From NCBI GenBank assembly GCA_001642005.1, contig LWCA01000114.1:1-53451 (forward strand): 53,451 nt of DNA, given 5' to 3'. A model generated the notes under the pieces. The model worked only from the letters and a program-made list of their open reading frames with translations. It was not told the DNA's origin and did no database searches. The stretch comes from Intoshia linei (taxonomy: Eukaryota; Animalia; Orthonectida). Positions 1 through 13,000 of the stretch are shown here, one piece after another (position 1 is the stretch's first letter; the number at the start of each line of letters is the position of its first letter). The position numbers were made by a program, and so were the translations under genes.

Positions 1-236
1 AATATAACAATAGTTGTCAGAAAAGCATTGCATTATTTAAAAAATTAATACAATATCAAGTACGAATAAAACTTTATATCCATATTTTTTATGGAAATAT
101 AGATTAATTCAATTGGAGTTTTTCGTTAATAACTACTAAAAATGATGATAGAATCATAAGATTATTTATGGTAAAAACGGCGCAACTTAAATAATTATAA
201 TTACATAGCAATGAAAATACAATTGTATTGATATGA

Positions 237-600
237 TCACAAGTAGAACTTAAGATTAAATTTACGGAATGGGTGTATTATAAAATATCTGCAAATTATG
301 TTATCATTTATTAGTATATTACAGAAAATCTTGTTATAAGCAATTTCACGTAGAAATTGACTTATAGTTTTTCGACTTTGAATGTAATCCTTAATCAAAT
401 TTTGTAATTGAATTTGCATATCAATGTACAGTTTTTTCGTTTTCTTGACTGGATTGCCAATACTGTTTCGAGCTATAATTGTACTAACTGCCGATTCTTG
501 CTTTTTGATCGTGTCAATGAGTTTCCATATTGTTGGATGTTTATGTCCTATTAAATGGAAAAATTTGTTATTTAATTCCATTATTCAGACAAATTAATTT
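237..600 (-). mobile_element. MULE (Mutator-like) transposase C-terminal remnant
   Basis: NNKFFHLIGHKHPTIWKLIDTIKKQE...QFLREIAY resembles the NNxF..xxHPxIWxFIxxLKxEQ C-terminal motif of animal MULE transposases. No upstream catalytic part is intact. Confidence 0.7.
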
Positions 601-3320
601 AAATGTTGAAATGATCATTTATTATAATTCTAATTGACAAATAAACATTAATAGTCTCAATTCTAAAGTGTTATATTTTGTTGATAAGTATTTCATAAGT
701 ACGTAATTATACATGTGTGCCGTTTTTGTAGATTACCCATAAGATATACACATTCTTTTATCATTTTTTTAATGTATACATTAGATTGGCGCATTTTTTG
801 TGTAGTATAGTTTTATTTAATATTTAATGATGCAATTAATGATTCTCAAGGAATTTATTTTTGACATTAATGAAAGATGACCAGGCCGATTTTTCAATTT
901 CATTCAGTGATTGGTAAAATGAAATATGTTCAGCTAATAAGTTAATTTATGGACCAATTAATATTCCATTTTTGAGTTTCGATTCTGACACATTAGGAAA
1001 TTGTAAGTTTAATACATGGTTTATCATATTGTGTCGTTTAAATAATTTACATATTGACTGTCGAGCTAGTCCTAATAAATAAAAATAATTATTTATGTTA
1101 TTGTTACAATAAGTTTACCTAGTTTTATATAGTGGTGAGAGAATTATTTTAGATTGATTGATTAGTGGATCCTGATAGACACTGAATAATATGATATTCT
1201 CTTGCAGGTCAGCAGTTACGAGACTAGTGATCTGTTCTATTTTTACCCTTAAATAAACAGAAAAAACATGGGTATTTAACATTTCCAGTTTTTATTCCCA
1301 TTAAAAACGTCAAAATGTAAATAAAATAATCGGCATAAAGAATTACTTTAAAATCTCCAACCGAATTATCATAATGTAATTAAGCATTAATTTAATATTG
1401 TCGTAATTTTCGTAATTCAACTGTAATAAATATTAAGGTAGTGTTAGAGCAACTGTATAATCATAAAATTTTTATTATTTTTTGATAGTGTAATAGAGTA
1501 GGATGCATAAATAATCTTAAAACGCTTTTATTATATAAATAATCAAATTTTTAAAAACGCGCTTTTTGTTTACTAACGAAACTTGACTGTATTTATACTA
1601 TAAATAAAATAATAATATGAGATTTATTCATTATTTGTTGTCAAAAATTTGAATACAAATTTACATTCATTTTAACTGAAGGGTTGAGGTTGTATTATAT
1701 AAAGTAAATGAAAAAAATAAAATTATAAAAAAATATTAGAAGACGAAATGATTCTAAAAAAATAATCAATTTACAATTTAAAAAAAACATGTCTTGAACG
1801 ATGTATGAATACTTCGGTAGAATAAAATAATAATAAAAGAAACGAATAGAAGACTACGAAATAAATTACAAACAGATTCATTGGAGTAAAACATAAACAA
1901 CTTCATTATAATTAAAAAACATGATATAAAAATTTATAAAATACAAAATAACAGAATTGGTTCTCTTCAAAGAAAATACTAACGGGGATCATCGGCAAAC
2001 ATAATTTTTTGCACGAGAAGATTTCGGTTTTGATCCCCATCGAGAATAGTAAAAATAATATAAAGCGATATAAGTATTACCGTCATATTATAAAATATTA
2101 TCATTTTATACTCACATTTATTGTTAATCTAATATAATTATTAACGATATTATAATAGAACAATCTGAATCCTTGGAAGATTTGGTTAGCATCTCTATCT
2201 CTACAATTTCTTCATATTGATTTTGAATCAATGAGTCAGTTTTTCTGATACAAACTTGAATAACGTCACTGTAAAGATCATTAAAGGCATTATTTAATCT
2301 ATAAAGTACATATTTAAAGTTTGTATTAATATTGTATTTTCTCCCAACATCGCCTTTTGTTATGGCCCATATCAATTCAGAGTTTTGGGAAATATTAGAG
2401 GTTCATAATTAAAGTAAAAGTAAAATGATATGAAAATTTAAAATGTGAGTATATTTAATGAAATTTATTATCTTAAACATTTGCATTGTACTATTTATTA
2501 GGGCAATAAAAATTAATTATATTATTTCATTATATTAAAAAAATAGTGTAAAATATTTTTAACTAACCGGTTAGCTTTTTACGATATTGCAGCCAGTAAC
2601 CAACTAAATGTGCTTGCTAGGAAAAAGCAAGTTGCCAGTATCCATCTCGATATGCCATTAACCTAGACGATTGACTTGTAACTAACCAGAGATGACTGCT
2701 ATTATTGCCATAAATGCTATATTTTAATTCTGCTACATTTGTTGCATTATAAATAGGAGCAGCTTCCCAAACATTTTACGACCTATTGTATTCAATTTAA
2801 ATTGAAATTCACATAAATTATACAATTTCAACATTCCATTTAAACAAATATAGCCAGTGATTACAAGTCAAAATGCTGTATATTGCTAACAAATTCTCAA
2901 TTTAGCTATGATAATTGATACTGTTTACCCTACTCCTGACTTATGTCATCCCCAATAATAACAGAATTAAAAATTAATGTTATTGATGCTTCGGTGACAT
3001 CTATACCCCTTTGTATGACTGAAGTAGTTATGACTGAATTTTAAAATTAATTACTATGACAAATAATATTATTTATTATATTAAAAAAGTTTTAAATTAA
3101 AATTTTGTCTTATTCTGACGTAAGCCACAAATATGTTTTATATTGTTAGAATCGCAAAGATAAACTGCATCAGAAAAATACATATTAAGAAGATTTTTGA
3201 GTGTTGGCTAGTGTAATTAAATGAACAATCATTTTGCCACACTTTTTGTTAGAGGCGTGTTATAAGTAAAATTTAATTTGCATTGTTTATTCTGTAGCTC
3301 GTTTATTTTATTTCAAACTA

Positions 3321-3935
3321 CAGTATAACCTCCGTTATTTTCCCAAAATGGAGATTAAAAGTATCGGGCGAATAACGGAATATAATTATAATATTTATTT
3401 TTTAATTATTTTAAAATATTGCATTATTCCGACTTGTTCTTGTTTTTGTGTAACTGTTTAGATTTTTTATCTATCGTATTGCACTGATGTTAAAATTGTC
3501 ATTTTGTTTAAAATGTTTTTCAATTATATTGAAATTATATTTTACATCTATTACATTGTTTTCCTGTTTATCAGTGATAATATTGTGAGAGTTATCATTG
3601 AGAGCAATATTGGAAGAATCATCGCATAAAACTTCGTTAATTTCATTGTGATCGTAGTTATTTAATTCTTCTAATGATATAGGATCTATTAACTTAGATA
3701 TATTTATAAATTTAATATAACTTTCTATAATTTCATTATCAAATCATCGTTGATATCATTGTTAATTTCATTAATTGAAAACCCACCCTTTCTAAACCAG
3801 TTTTTTATAGTAGACGATTTGACGGAATCCCAAGAGAAATGAGCCCATATAGCTACACCTTTTAAATTGATTTTTTTAAAACATTAAAGTACTATATAAA
3901 TAAAATTAATCGGGCGAATAACGGAGATTATACTG
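3321..3935 (-). mobile_element. pogo/Tigger-type non-autonomous DNA transposon (internal deletion derivative)
   Basis: TA|CAGTATAACCTCCGTTATT ... AATAACGGAGATTATACTG|TA TIRs with TA TSD. The minus strand at ~3780-3860 reads AIWAHFSWDSVKSSTIKNWFRKGGF, the Tigger AWxxVxxxTIxNCFxKAGF motif. Confidence 0.85.
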
Positions 3936-4106
3936 TATTTACATTTTTGACATTTAGCTTTTGTAAAATTTTATGTAAAAAACAATCAAAGTGTGTAAGG
4001 GTTAAATCATGTATAATTACGATTTACATAGTTAATATGGAAAAATCTATCAACTGATAATAATTATATATGATGAGAATGAGTATATTATTATATCTAT
4101 ATTTAG

Positions 4107-7100
4107 AAACCGTCTCAAAAAAAAGATAGAAAGGAACCTACACCGGCACAACCAAAAGATATGTTTAGTTTTATCGATAATTTTTCAATTCCAACATCTT
4201 CAAAAAAACGAAAACTTGAAAAAGAAACAAAGACATTAAAAGTATATATATTATACATTTAAAATTAAATCAATCAGTATTATACAATGTATTTATATTT
4301 AGCCTTCCCATGAATTAAAAGAACTAAATCCATATTGGAAAAATGATGGAATGGGTATTCCCCAAATTGAAGGTATAAATATCATTGCAATTTTACACTC
4401 TTACGTATAATAATTCTGTAAAAAAATGGAAATATTTTTGTGGCGAAAAAAAGTTCTTTATTTTTGAATAGTTCCACATCACAATGTGATTTATTTTATA
4501 GTAACAAAATGATAATCCTACATAGAAAAACGTTCCTACTTTATTGGTTCATAAAAAAATGAATAATCGAGTTTATGATGACACCTCGTTATTACGTTAT
4601 CAAAGTTGTAACAATGATTCGCACATTAAAACGTACCATCATTTTGCATGTCATTTTCATTTTTTCAAATTTGTTCACGACGTAATAGTGTGTGTGGAAC
4701 TGAACAAAAATTTAACAATTTCGATGCTTTAGAAACTGAAAATGAGGAACAAAATCTAAACCAAGAACATGCAAATGATTTGATGAAGCAAATATATGGA
4801 AAATGTGTAATATCATTTATTTACTATTATTATATTGTCTACTAGGTTGACTGTTATCTACTTCGTACAAACAGCACCTGCATTAAGGTGTTAACTTTTT
4901 TCTAAGAACAAAAATACAGGGTCATACAGGATGAGAAAAAAATTATAATAACGGTGGTACCATGCGTTAAGCCTAAAATATTTAAAACATCGGGCTGCTC
5001 AAAGGAAATATATTTCATATATAAGATTTATAACATGGTGTCTAACCTTGTCATTATATTTATATTATTTATTGAAATCGTCATTTATATAGACAACAAT
5101 CTTACCTGCCTTTGAAAAAAATTAAAATGAATCTAATTCAGCGGTTCCCAAATGCGGTACAGAATTATCACGTGATCGTTAAATAAAAAAATAACTACAA
5201 TTAATATGAATTAAAGCGTAACAGTGGATGATAATTGAAACGTTGCATCATTTTTGAAAAAACATTTGTAATTTAAAATTTGGTTTTTTTGTTATAACTT
5301 TTTTTAATTAAACTATTTTGTGATTATTTAAATTAAATATAGTATAATATCAATTCTACTAATGTCAAATTTAATCTGTGACCACATAAAGTATTTAAAT
5401 TATTACAGAGCTTATAATAATGTTGCTTTATTTTAGAAACGGAGAGAGAACTTTTTTAATTCTATCAAAAATATAAATCCAATAATAAAATCTTTTATTT
5501 CACATTAGTTATTAATTTAAATTGAATTATTTTCATTTAATTTTATTTTGTTACTTTTTAATTTTAATACTTACATACATAACATGCTATTTTTGCACTG
5601 TTAATAAAAATTTTTTTCACCAAGAATGCGTAGATTTTTGGGGTTGAAATTTTATATTTTTATCAATCGGGAATAATATCAAAATAATTTTTTTTTTTTA
5701 GTTGTAGGACCGTTAATTATTTCAAATTTTTTTTGTAATAAAATAGTTTCGAAATAAAAAAAAACTGAATACCAAAGTGATTTTTTGACTGTGAAGGGTC
5801 ACTTTTCAGATTGAATTTTTTTGTGATATAACTATAATCTGTAATTGTATTATAAAAAGGGTAATCTGGAGTTTTGATCGTGAAAATAAACTTTTTTGAG
5901 GTTGCCATTTATGATAATGGTTACGATTTTAAAACTATCCTAGAATATCCTTACTTATATAATATGCTACGCAATATTTGTTTGTGTGTGTGTTCCACTT
6001 TATTGAAATAACTACCAGTTGTGGAATTTTATAAAGTCTACGTTTCAATTATATTTTTTTCCGGGACATATAATAAGATAGATTTCAATTTCCAAAACTC
6101 AAATCTTACTGGTCAAAAACCCCAATTATCCTTCTTTTTGAAAATCAACCGAGTTGGAGAATTTAAAAAAATATATACGCTGATACGGATTTTAAAATTA
6201 TAAACATTATCATAAATTTAAAAAATGTACATGTGGTACAGTTGTACCTTGTTAACACACAAAAATTTTTAATCTGAATAAGGGACGACTTCACGGTCAA
6301 AAAAGCATTTTAGTATTTATATTTTGTTTTTTGAAATATTTTATTAAAACAAAAAATGTGAAATAATTAACTGTTTGAAAAATAAAAAAAAAAGATTATT
6401 CTGATAGAGCTTATTCCAGTTGATATAAATACAAAAGTTTAACCTGAGAAATCTACGCATTCCCGATGAAAAATAATTTTTAATATATTATGAACCAATC
6501 AACTTGAGAAATCTACGCATTCTCGATGAAAAATAATTTTTAATATATGATCAACCAATATTCTTCATATATTTCGATTAAAATAAAAATTGAAAATGTA
6601 AATATTGATCCTACAATTTCAAAATAAAAAGAAGAATAATTTGCAACCTCCATGTTCTAAGTAAATTGTTATAAAATTAGTCCAATTAAAAATCGGATTT
6701 TTCAAAGTGTTATAATTTATGGACACGTTTTTATGAAAAAACTTAGTTAATTTGGTTTTTTTTATTTTTTTTTTAATGACAACCTTACAATGTGCAATGC
6801 ACATTGTGCATGTTCAACTTGTCAATTTCATAAATGTTGATCTACAAATATAATTTTTATTAACAAAACATAGTGTTGTTACAATATCTGGACGGAGTGT
6901 ATAAGTAAGGATTTAGAAATCACAAGTAAACCCAAAAAAAGAAAAAACAATTACAGATACCAAATATTACGAAGATGTAGATGCTATGAACAAATGTAAA
7001 TATTGTTGGCTCCGAAATTCATCCAAATACATTGTAGATTCTAATGATGACGTATAAAAATTTAAATAATACTCTAAATATATAATTATTTTCAGATTTA

Positions 7101-7908
7101 TTGTCAAGTTTCGCCAAACAAAAATATAGCTAAATATCAATTTATAATTCGTACAAAAAAGCATTATGCTTCTTCTTTAGAATTGGACAACATTACATGT
7201 CGGAAATTAACTGTACTTGTTATATATTTAATTTTTTACAGATATTAGGCCTACAAATATAAATTGGTTGAATTATTTTGCAAAGAAAAGTATAAAATTG
7301 TTTTTTTGGAACACTTTCTTAAAAAGAAAAATGATCATTTTTACATAGAATGCATAGTATTGAAAAAGAAATATGTTGATACCGCTGATATATATTTTTG
7401 CGTAATAATTTATTTTAAAATTTGTGATTCTTTTAAATTACCTTTAGAAAGCTATATCAGATATTACTGAAGAATGGGCAACAAATGTTTCATTAATCAA
7501 AGTAGAATCATATCGTGAACTACGTTCTGTGGTAATTTATGATTTACATTTTTAAATCAATAAATTAGATACCAAAGAATTTTTCATTTTTCAATGTAAA
7601 TTTTAATCTTCAATCTGGTTATGTTCATGTAATTGAAAACGAAACAAAATTTGATACTCAATTTGGATTGGTAATTATTTCCAAACTTTGCGATGCCAGA
7701 TTTTCATAATTGATAAGAAAATTATAAACTTAATTTTTTCAAGTTTAACCATGAAGGAATGGACATTGTCATCTAATATATTCATTAATAATATTTTAAA
7801 CAGAATGTTTTATCTGGAATGATTAGTAAAGGAGATAATGAATGGAACCGAGATGCATTTGACGCACAAAAAATGTACGATTTTGCAAAAAAAAGTTATT
7901 TCAAATAA
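4107..7908 (+). CDS. CWF19L2: CWF19-like protein 2 homolog (spliceosome disassembly factor), about 11 exons visible, 5' end unresolved
   Basis: Spliced translation gives ELNPYWKNDGMGIP, CKYCW, VFLEH..HFYIECI..ADIYF/KAISDITEEWATN, IPKNFSFFNVNF..GYVHVIENETKFDTQFG and NVLSGMI, which are CwfJ C-terminal motifs. Stop TAA at 7906-7908. Confidence 0.85.
4842..5935 (-). mobile_element. Helitron-like non-autonomous sequence (3' end at 4842, internal homology 5600-5935)
   Basis: Minus strand ends TGTACGAAGTAGA hairpin ... CTAG|T. 5600-5935 is an inverted copy of part of the 5948-6821 element. It is not certain both parts belong to one element. Confidence 0.55.
5948..6821 (+). mobile_element. Non-autonomous Helitron, apparently complete
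   Basis: A|TC 5' end followed by a GT-rich microsatellite. The 3' hairpin ACAATGTGCA-A-TGCACATTGT (6787-6807) is followed by CTTG|T, with no TSD. Internal 60-bp tandem duplication. Homologous copies at ~29620-30090, ~37720-37800 and ~43925-44775. Confidence 0.7.
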
Positions 7909-7931
7909 ATTTAATACTTTAATTTTTACAA

Positions 7932-8461
7932 TTATGTAGCTGGAGTTTCTTCTTCGTCTGCATCGATCCTAAAGTATCTAGCTTCATAAGAATCTTTCTT
8001 TGTGGCAATGATACGAATCCAATTTCTCAATGAATACTTTTTCAAAAATTTTTTAGATAAATATTTCATATATCTAACATAAAATAAAAAATATTTATAA
8101 TAAAAAATCAAAACCTTTTGGAAAGATCAATGTTTGAAGATATTCTGACTTTAGCATTATCATTGTCGACTGTAACAAATGATTCTAAATTGTTTATTTT
8201 CCCGTCCACCTTGATTTTAGATCGCAAAAAAGTTACCTAAATTTGTATGTAGGGAATGGTGCCCTAATACGTTTATTGACGATGGTTATCAACAAATTTA
8301 TATTTAAAAATTACGAAAGTGTCCACGTTCATAATTTCATCCTCACAAGGAGCGGTTAAATCAATAGTATAAATGATTGGTGTCTTCCTTTTTATGACCT
8401 TTCGTTTTTTCTAAGAGTATGTTGATTTAAAAAAATATAGTCAAATTACTGCTGCAACCAT
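7932..8461 (-). CDS. RPL22: 60S ribosomal protein L22 (eL22), 4 exons
   Basis: MVAA|[32 protein letters not shown]|[17 protein letters not shown]...LSK|[47 protein letters not shown]. Introns are canonical GT-AG. Confidence 0.95.
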
Positions 8462-9039
8462 TTTAAATATTTTACAAATTACACGATATTGGTTGATAAT
8501 GAAATGAATAATGAAAATATAACTTTATCGTGCAATATTAATTTAATTTGATGATTATTTTTTCACGTTTATTTTATATTTTTGCTAGACTACATTTATT
8601 TTTCCGTTTTATAATAAAACTTATTTACTAAAATGTGTTATCAATATATTAACCAGTCTTGCTGGATTACATAGAAAATCACGAAAATTCTTGGCCTTAT
8701 TCAGTTTAAGTCCACAATATAAACTTTCAAATATTGAAATTTGTTTACATTTGTATTTTGATTTTTATTACGTTTTCACCATTTAATTTATTTAATTTCA
8801 CTATTAAACTTTAAATTTAAATTAATGTTTTTTATGGATTAAAGTGTAAAGTCTCTGGTTTAATTATTTCTCCTTCACATTTACATTTGTTATTAAAATT
8901 TAAACCACCATTTCATAAGAGCGGAATCGCTAAAAGTATTTTCGGGTGAAGCGATTTTTTTAAAATTTTGAGTGATTTTAACAAAAATCTATTATTTCTT
9001 CTCACAAAAAAAATAAATCTGATGGAATAATGAAATCAA

Positions 9040-9480
9040 CAAAACGTACATATAATAATGCTTTTTTAAGCTACGCATTCAAATTTAAAGTATTAAATAA
9101 TAAACATAAACCAGTTTGTTTCTTTTGTGGTAATCAGTTGGCTAAAAAATTTAAATCTGCCTAATTGAAAAAACATACATTTTATTTAAATAAATCAATA
9201 ACATTTTTTGAAAAACAACTAAAATCATAAAACGACGAAAAATATTCTAGAGACACTATTTAGTTGATCAAAAATAATTAAGAGATTCATATGCATTATC
9301 TTATTTTATTGCAAAAGCAAACATGACGTATACTCTTAGTAAAAAATAGAATTTTACATCAGCTGTAAAAATACATAAAAATAAAGTAAAAAACATGGTT
9401 TACAATTTATCTTGAAAATTATCTCATCTACACATATTGAATGAATGCACCGATTGATTTGAACAATTAAAATGATCCAT
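9040..9480 (+). mobile_element. Decayed hAT (Buster/Charlie) transposase N-terminal remnant
   Basis: KPVCFFCGNQLAKKFKSA*LKKH (BED-like zinc finger) and SYALSYFIAKANMTYTL resemble Buster motifs PxCxICxxxLAxxSMKPSKLKRH and ASYxxAxxIAKAxKPHTI. Stops and frameshifts present. Confidence 0.65.
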
Positions 9481-10058
9481 AACATGTTTAATCTCATGCC
9501 GTATAAAAGATAAAAATTATAAAACAACAAAAGAAACATAAAATACTGTTAAATTATGATAGACTCAATTGTTAGTATAATAATTATTGAGACTAAATAA
9601 GTTCCTTTATTTTGAATTGTTTAGCGATTGTCTTACTACAAGAGTTCCTAGATATTTAGAACATGCGTGGCAAATAATAATAGAACCAAATATTGAATCT
9701 TAGTCATTGAAATAGATTAGAAATGCATTGAATATATATAATGGATGAATGAATGCAACTATTTATTCTTTGAAATAATTCGTATATTATATTTTCGAAC
9801 GCCTACGTAACTTGTTGCGAAAAATAATCATTTTTAATTGAACATTTGTTTACATTTAACTAAATGATTTTTATGATTAATAAACAGCAGAAACTGTTTT
9901 ATACATAAATTTAAAATTTGAATTTTCACTTATTAAAATTAATATTACAATTAAAAGGTAATATCAACTTAAATTTTTAATTATATCGATCCAATTTTAT
10001 CATGTCTGACCTGAATTTAAATTTTAGTTTTAAATCAATTTAACATATAAATTTAATT

Positions 10059-13000
10059 ATGAATATTTTTTGGTTTCTTGCCACGTTTCTCACGTTTTTC
10101 TTTCAGTCGTTAGCTCAAGAAGGTATATTTTTTAAATTCATTTTCAAATTGTACACTTTTTTAGATTGCAATAGTGAAAACATTAAAGAATCCTTTTTAA
10201 ATATTCAAAACTATTTGATTAAAGAACAATGTTATGATTGCATGTAAAGTAAAAAAAAACAGTTTTTTATTTTTTTTAGAAACAAAACATTTAATTTAAC
10301 TTTTAAAATGTTGGATTTTTGTACAAATAATCACACATATGTAGGAATCTTAAAAAATCTTGCATTTGATTCAAATACAAATAAATGTAATAACTCAACG
10401 TTTGTAACTCCTCTAAAAAAAAGTATTCTCTGCCATTTAGAGAATACGGATTGTGTTCCAGTTTTCACGTTAGATGATATTATAAATACTAATCAATTTT
10501 GCTCGTAATATTATTTACTTTAAAAAGTATTAATTTTTATTTCAATTATTAGAAAATTTATTAAACTAATTGATTGTATTCGTAATACATTTATTGAAAA
10601 TGACGACTATGCATTTGCTGTAAGGGAGTATATTCAAAACACTATTGGAAAAGTTGCTACAACTATTTGTATAGATAATCCTTGCGTCAGAGAACCATGC
10701 AACAGCGGAAAATGTATTCTTGATAATAGCACACAAGGATTTTATTGTGAATGTCAAGACTGTTTTACCGGAGATTATTGTCTACAAGGTTGTTTTAATA
10801 ATTACTTGTTTTAGAAGCCAATATACATTAATAATGTAATATAGCATAATTATGTTTTTTTAATATGTTGGTAAAAATCAATGTGTCAAAATACTTTTGT
10901 CACATTTTAATTAATAATGACTTATTATTATTTAGACGTTATATTATTTCATGACAATTTACTTGTGTGTATTGTATATTAGATCAGTGCTTTTCAACCA
11001 GGGGGTTGCGAAATTTGAAAATTTTATGAATACATTTATTTATTTTAATATATTATTGACAGTAATAATGTTACGGAAATATTTTTACATTTTGAAAATT
11101 TTTGGGTTACGAACACCAAATAGTTTAAAACCACTGTATTAGGGTGTCACATTTTGTGGGTGAAAATTTTAAAATTTCTTTGGCGTCTAGTGTGATTTGG
11201 TGTATTCGTAAAACCATGGGGTCAGAACCCCAAATTACTTTTCTTTTTTTAATGAAAACAGCGCTAGAATTTCAAAAAATTTTTGCAATTTTTGCAATTT
11301 TTTTATGCAAATAGATAAAAAAAATATAAAAATTTTCAAAAATTGGTGATAGATCGAGAATTCGTCTGCGACACACAAATGTGTTGCAATTCGCTACACC
11401 TGTTATAAAGCACTGACCTAATGTATATTTAATTTTTAAATGTTTATTTATTCAAATTATATTCAAATATTAAATATTAATTAAGGTCACGTTTCTAAAA
11501 TTAGTAATTAAAATTAACCAAGTTTAAATAAAACAATAGCTATGAAGATTAAATAGGCATAGTATCTGTCGAATACAAGTGCATTGATATCTATTTATCA
11601 AATACTTTACATTTTAAACCAAAGGTCGCCAATGTATTCGACGTACATCCAAACGGGTGCATAATGAATCTACGACAGAAATATTTATATTCTTTGGAAT
11701 CTAAATAAAATTATGATAACAATGCGAAAATTCAACAAAATCATCATATCATAACTTTTATAAAATTGAATGTCTCTGTGTGTATGTTTTTCAGTTTTTA
11801 ACAATAACTAAGAATCGTAGAATTTTAACAAACACAAATTCCCAGTCAGATTTTTCAATCTCAGAAACTTACCTTTTTCTGATCAAAAACCACAATTATT
11901 CTTTATCATAAAAAAATTATTATTATTTATTTTTTAAAGTATTTTATATGTCCGACGTTCTCAAATTTTTTTAAAAGACGATATTTCCCCAAATATTAAT
12001 TTATTCATGAATGGTGGGCCACATTTACAAATTTATGAATAAATGGCTAAAAATTGAATATTTTAGGAAACCCAAATTGTACCTAAACCAGTGTTACCTA
12101 ACCGTTGGCTAGGAAACACTAGTGGTGCCTGGGAAATTTTGCGAATTTATTGAAATTATGAAAATTTTAGATCAATGTAATTTTAATTTTGTAAAATACT
12201 AGCTTGACTGTTATGTACTTCGTACAAACCAGTTAAAATTAAAAATATCCAGAATTAATGTTTTATAAAATGCTGTAACTTTATGCATTATTTAAAAAAC
12301 GGTTTCTGATGTATATATTTATAATAATAGATAATACTATGATGTTACATTCTTGCCAAAGTTTATGCTCTTTAAAATTTTGAGCTGAATTTATTATAAA
12401 TAATAATAATAAATTTATTAAAAAAAATATAATTTGGGTTTTTAATTTTGAAGAACTGATGATCTGAAATTAAAATTTGCGATAACACCACTTTCGAAAA
12501 ACTGTTAGAAATTGGTTATTTTAATTGTATGACTTAAATTTTAAATTAATTAATGTTTTAAAATCATTAGAATTATCGGTTGCCTAATTTAATACAAATG
12601 ATTGTACTATTTTGGGTAGTAAAGGAGTAATAACTTACATGTATAAAAAATAAATACTAGATTAAGTTGTTCTGTTCTCTTGAATTTAAAAAATCATATC
12701 CTATAACGTAAAAACAGTAAACTAATTATTTTAATGAAATACATATATTTATATCAAATTTGGGAAAATAAGACATGCAAAGTTTTTTTCACCAGTTTTT
12801 TCATTTCATTTAAATTAAGAACCAGTAAATTCTTTAAATATCATAAAATTTTAAAAGTTCCGTATGCTTATGTAATTGTAATTTATATATATTAATCCCT
12901 ACCAGGGATTCCCTGGTTTAAAATTTTATCAAAGTTGATATGAAATTAAATTCGACTACCATGGAAATTCTACATAAAACAGTAATAAAAATAGATTAAG

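Noticed and set aside
2124-2375. 83-aa minus-strand ORF and nearby coding-like stretch to ~3050
   Set aside because: No recognisable motif, and I could not build a consistent exon chain.
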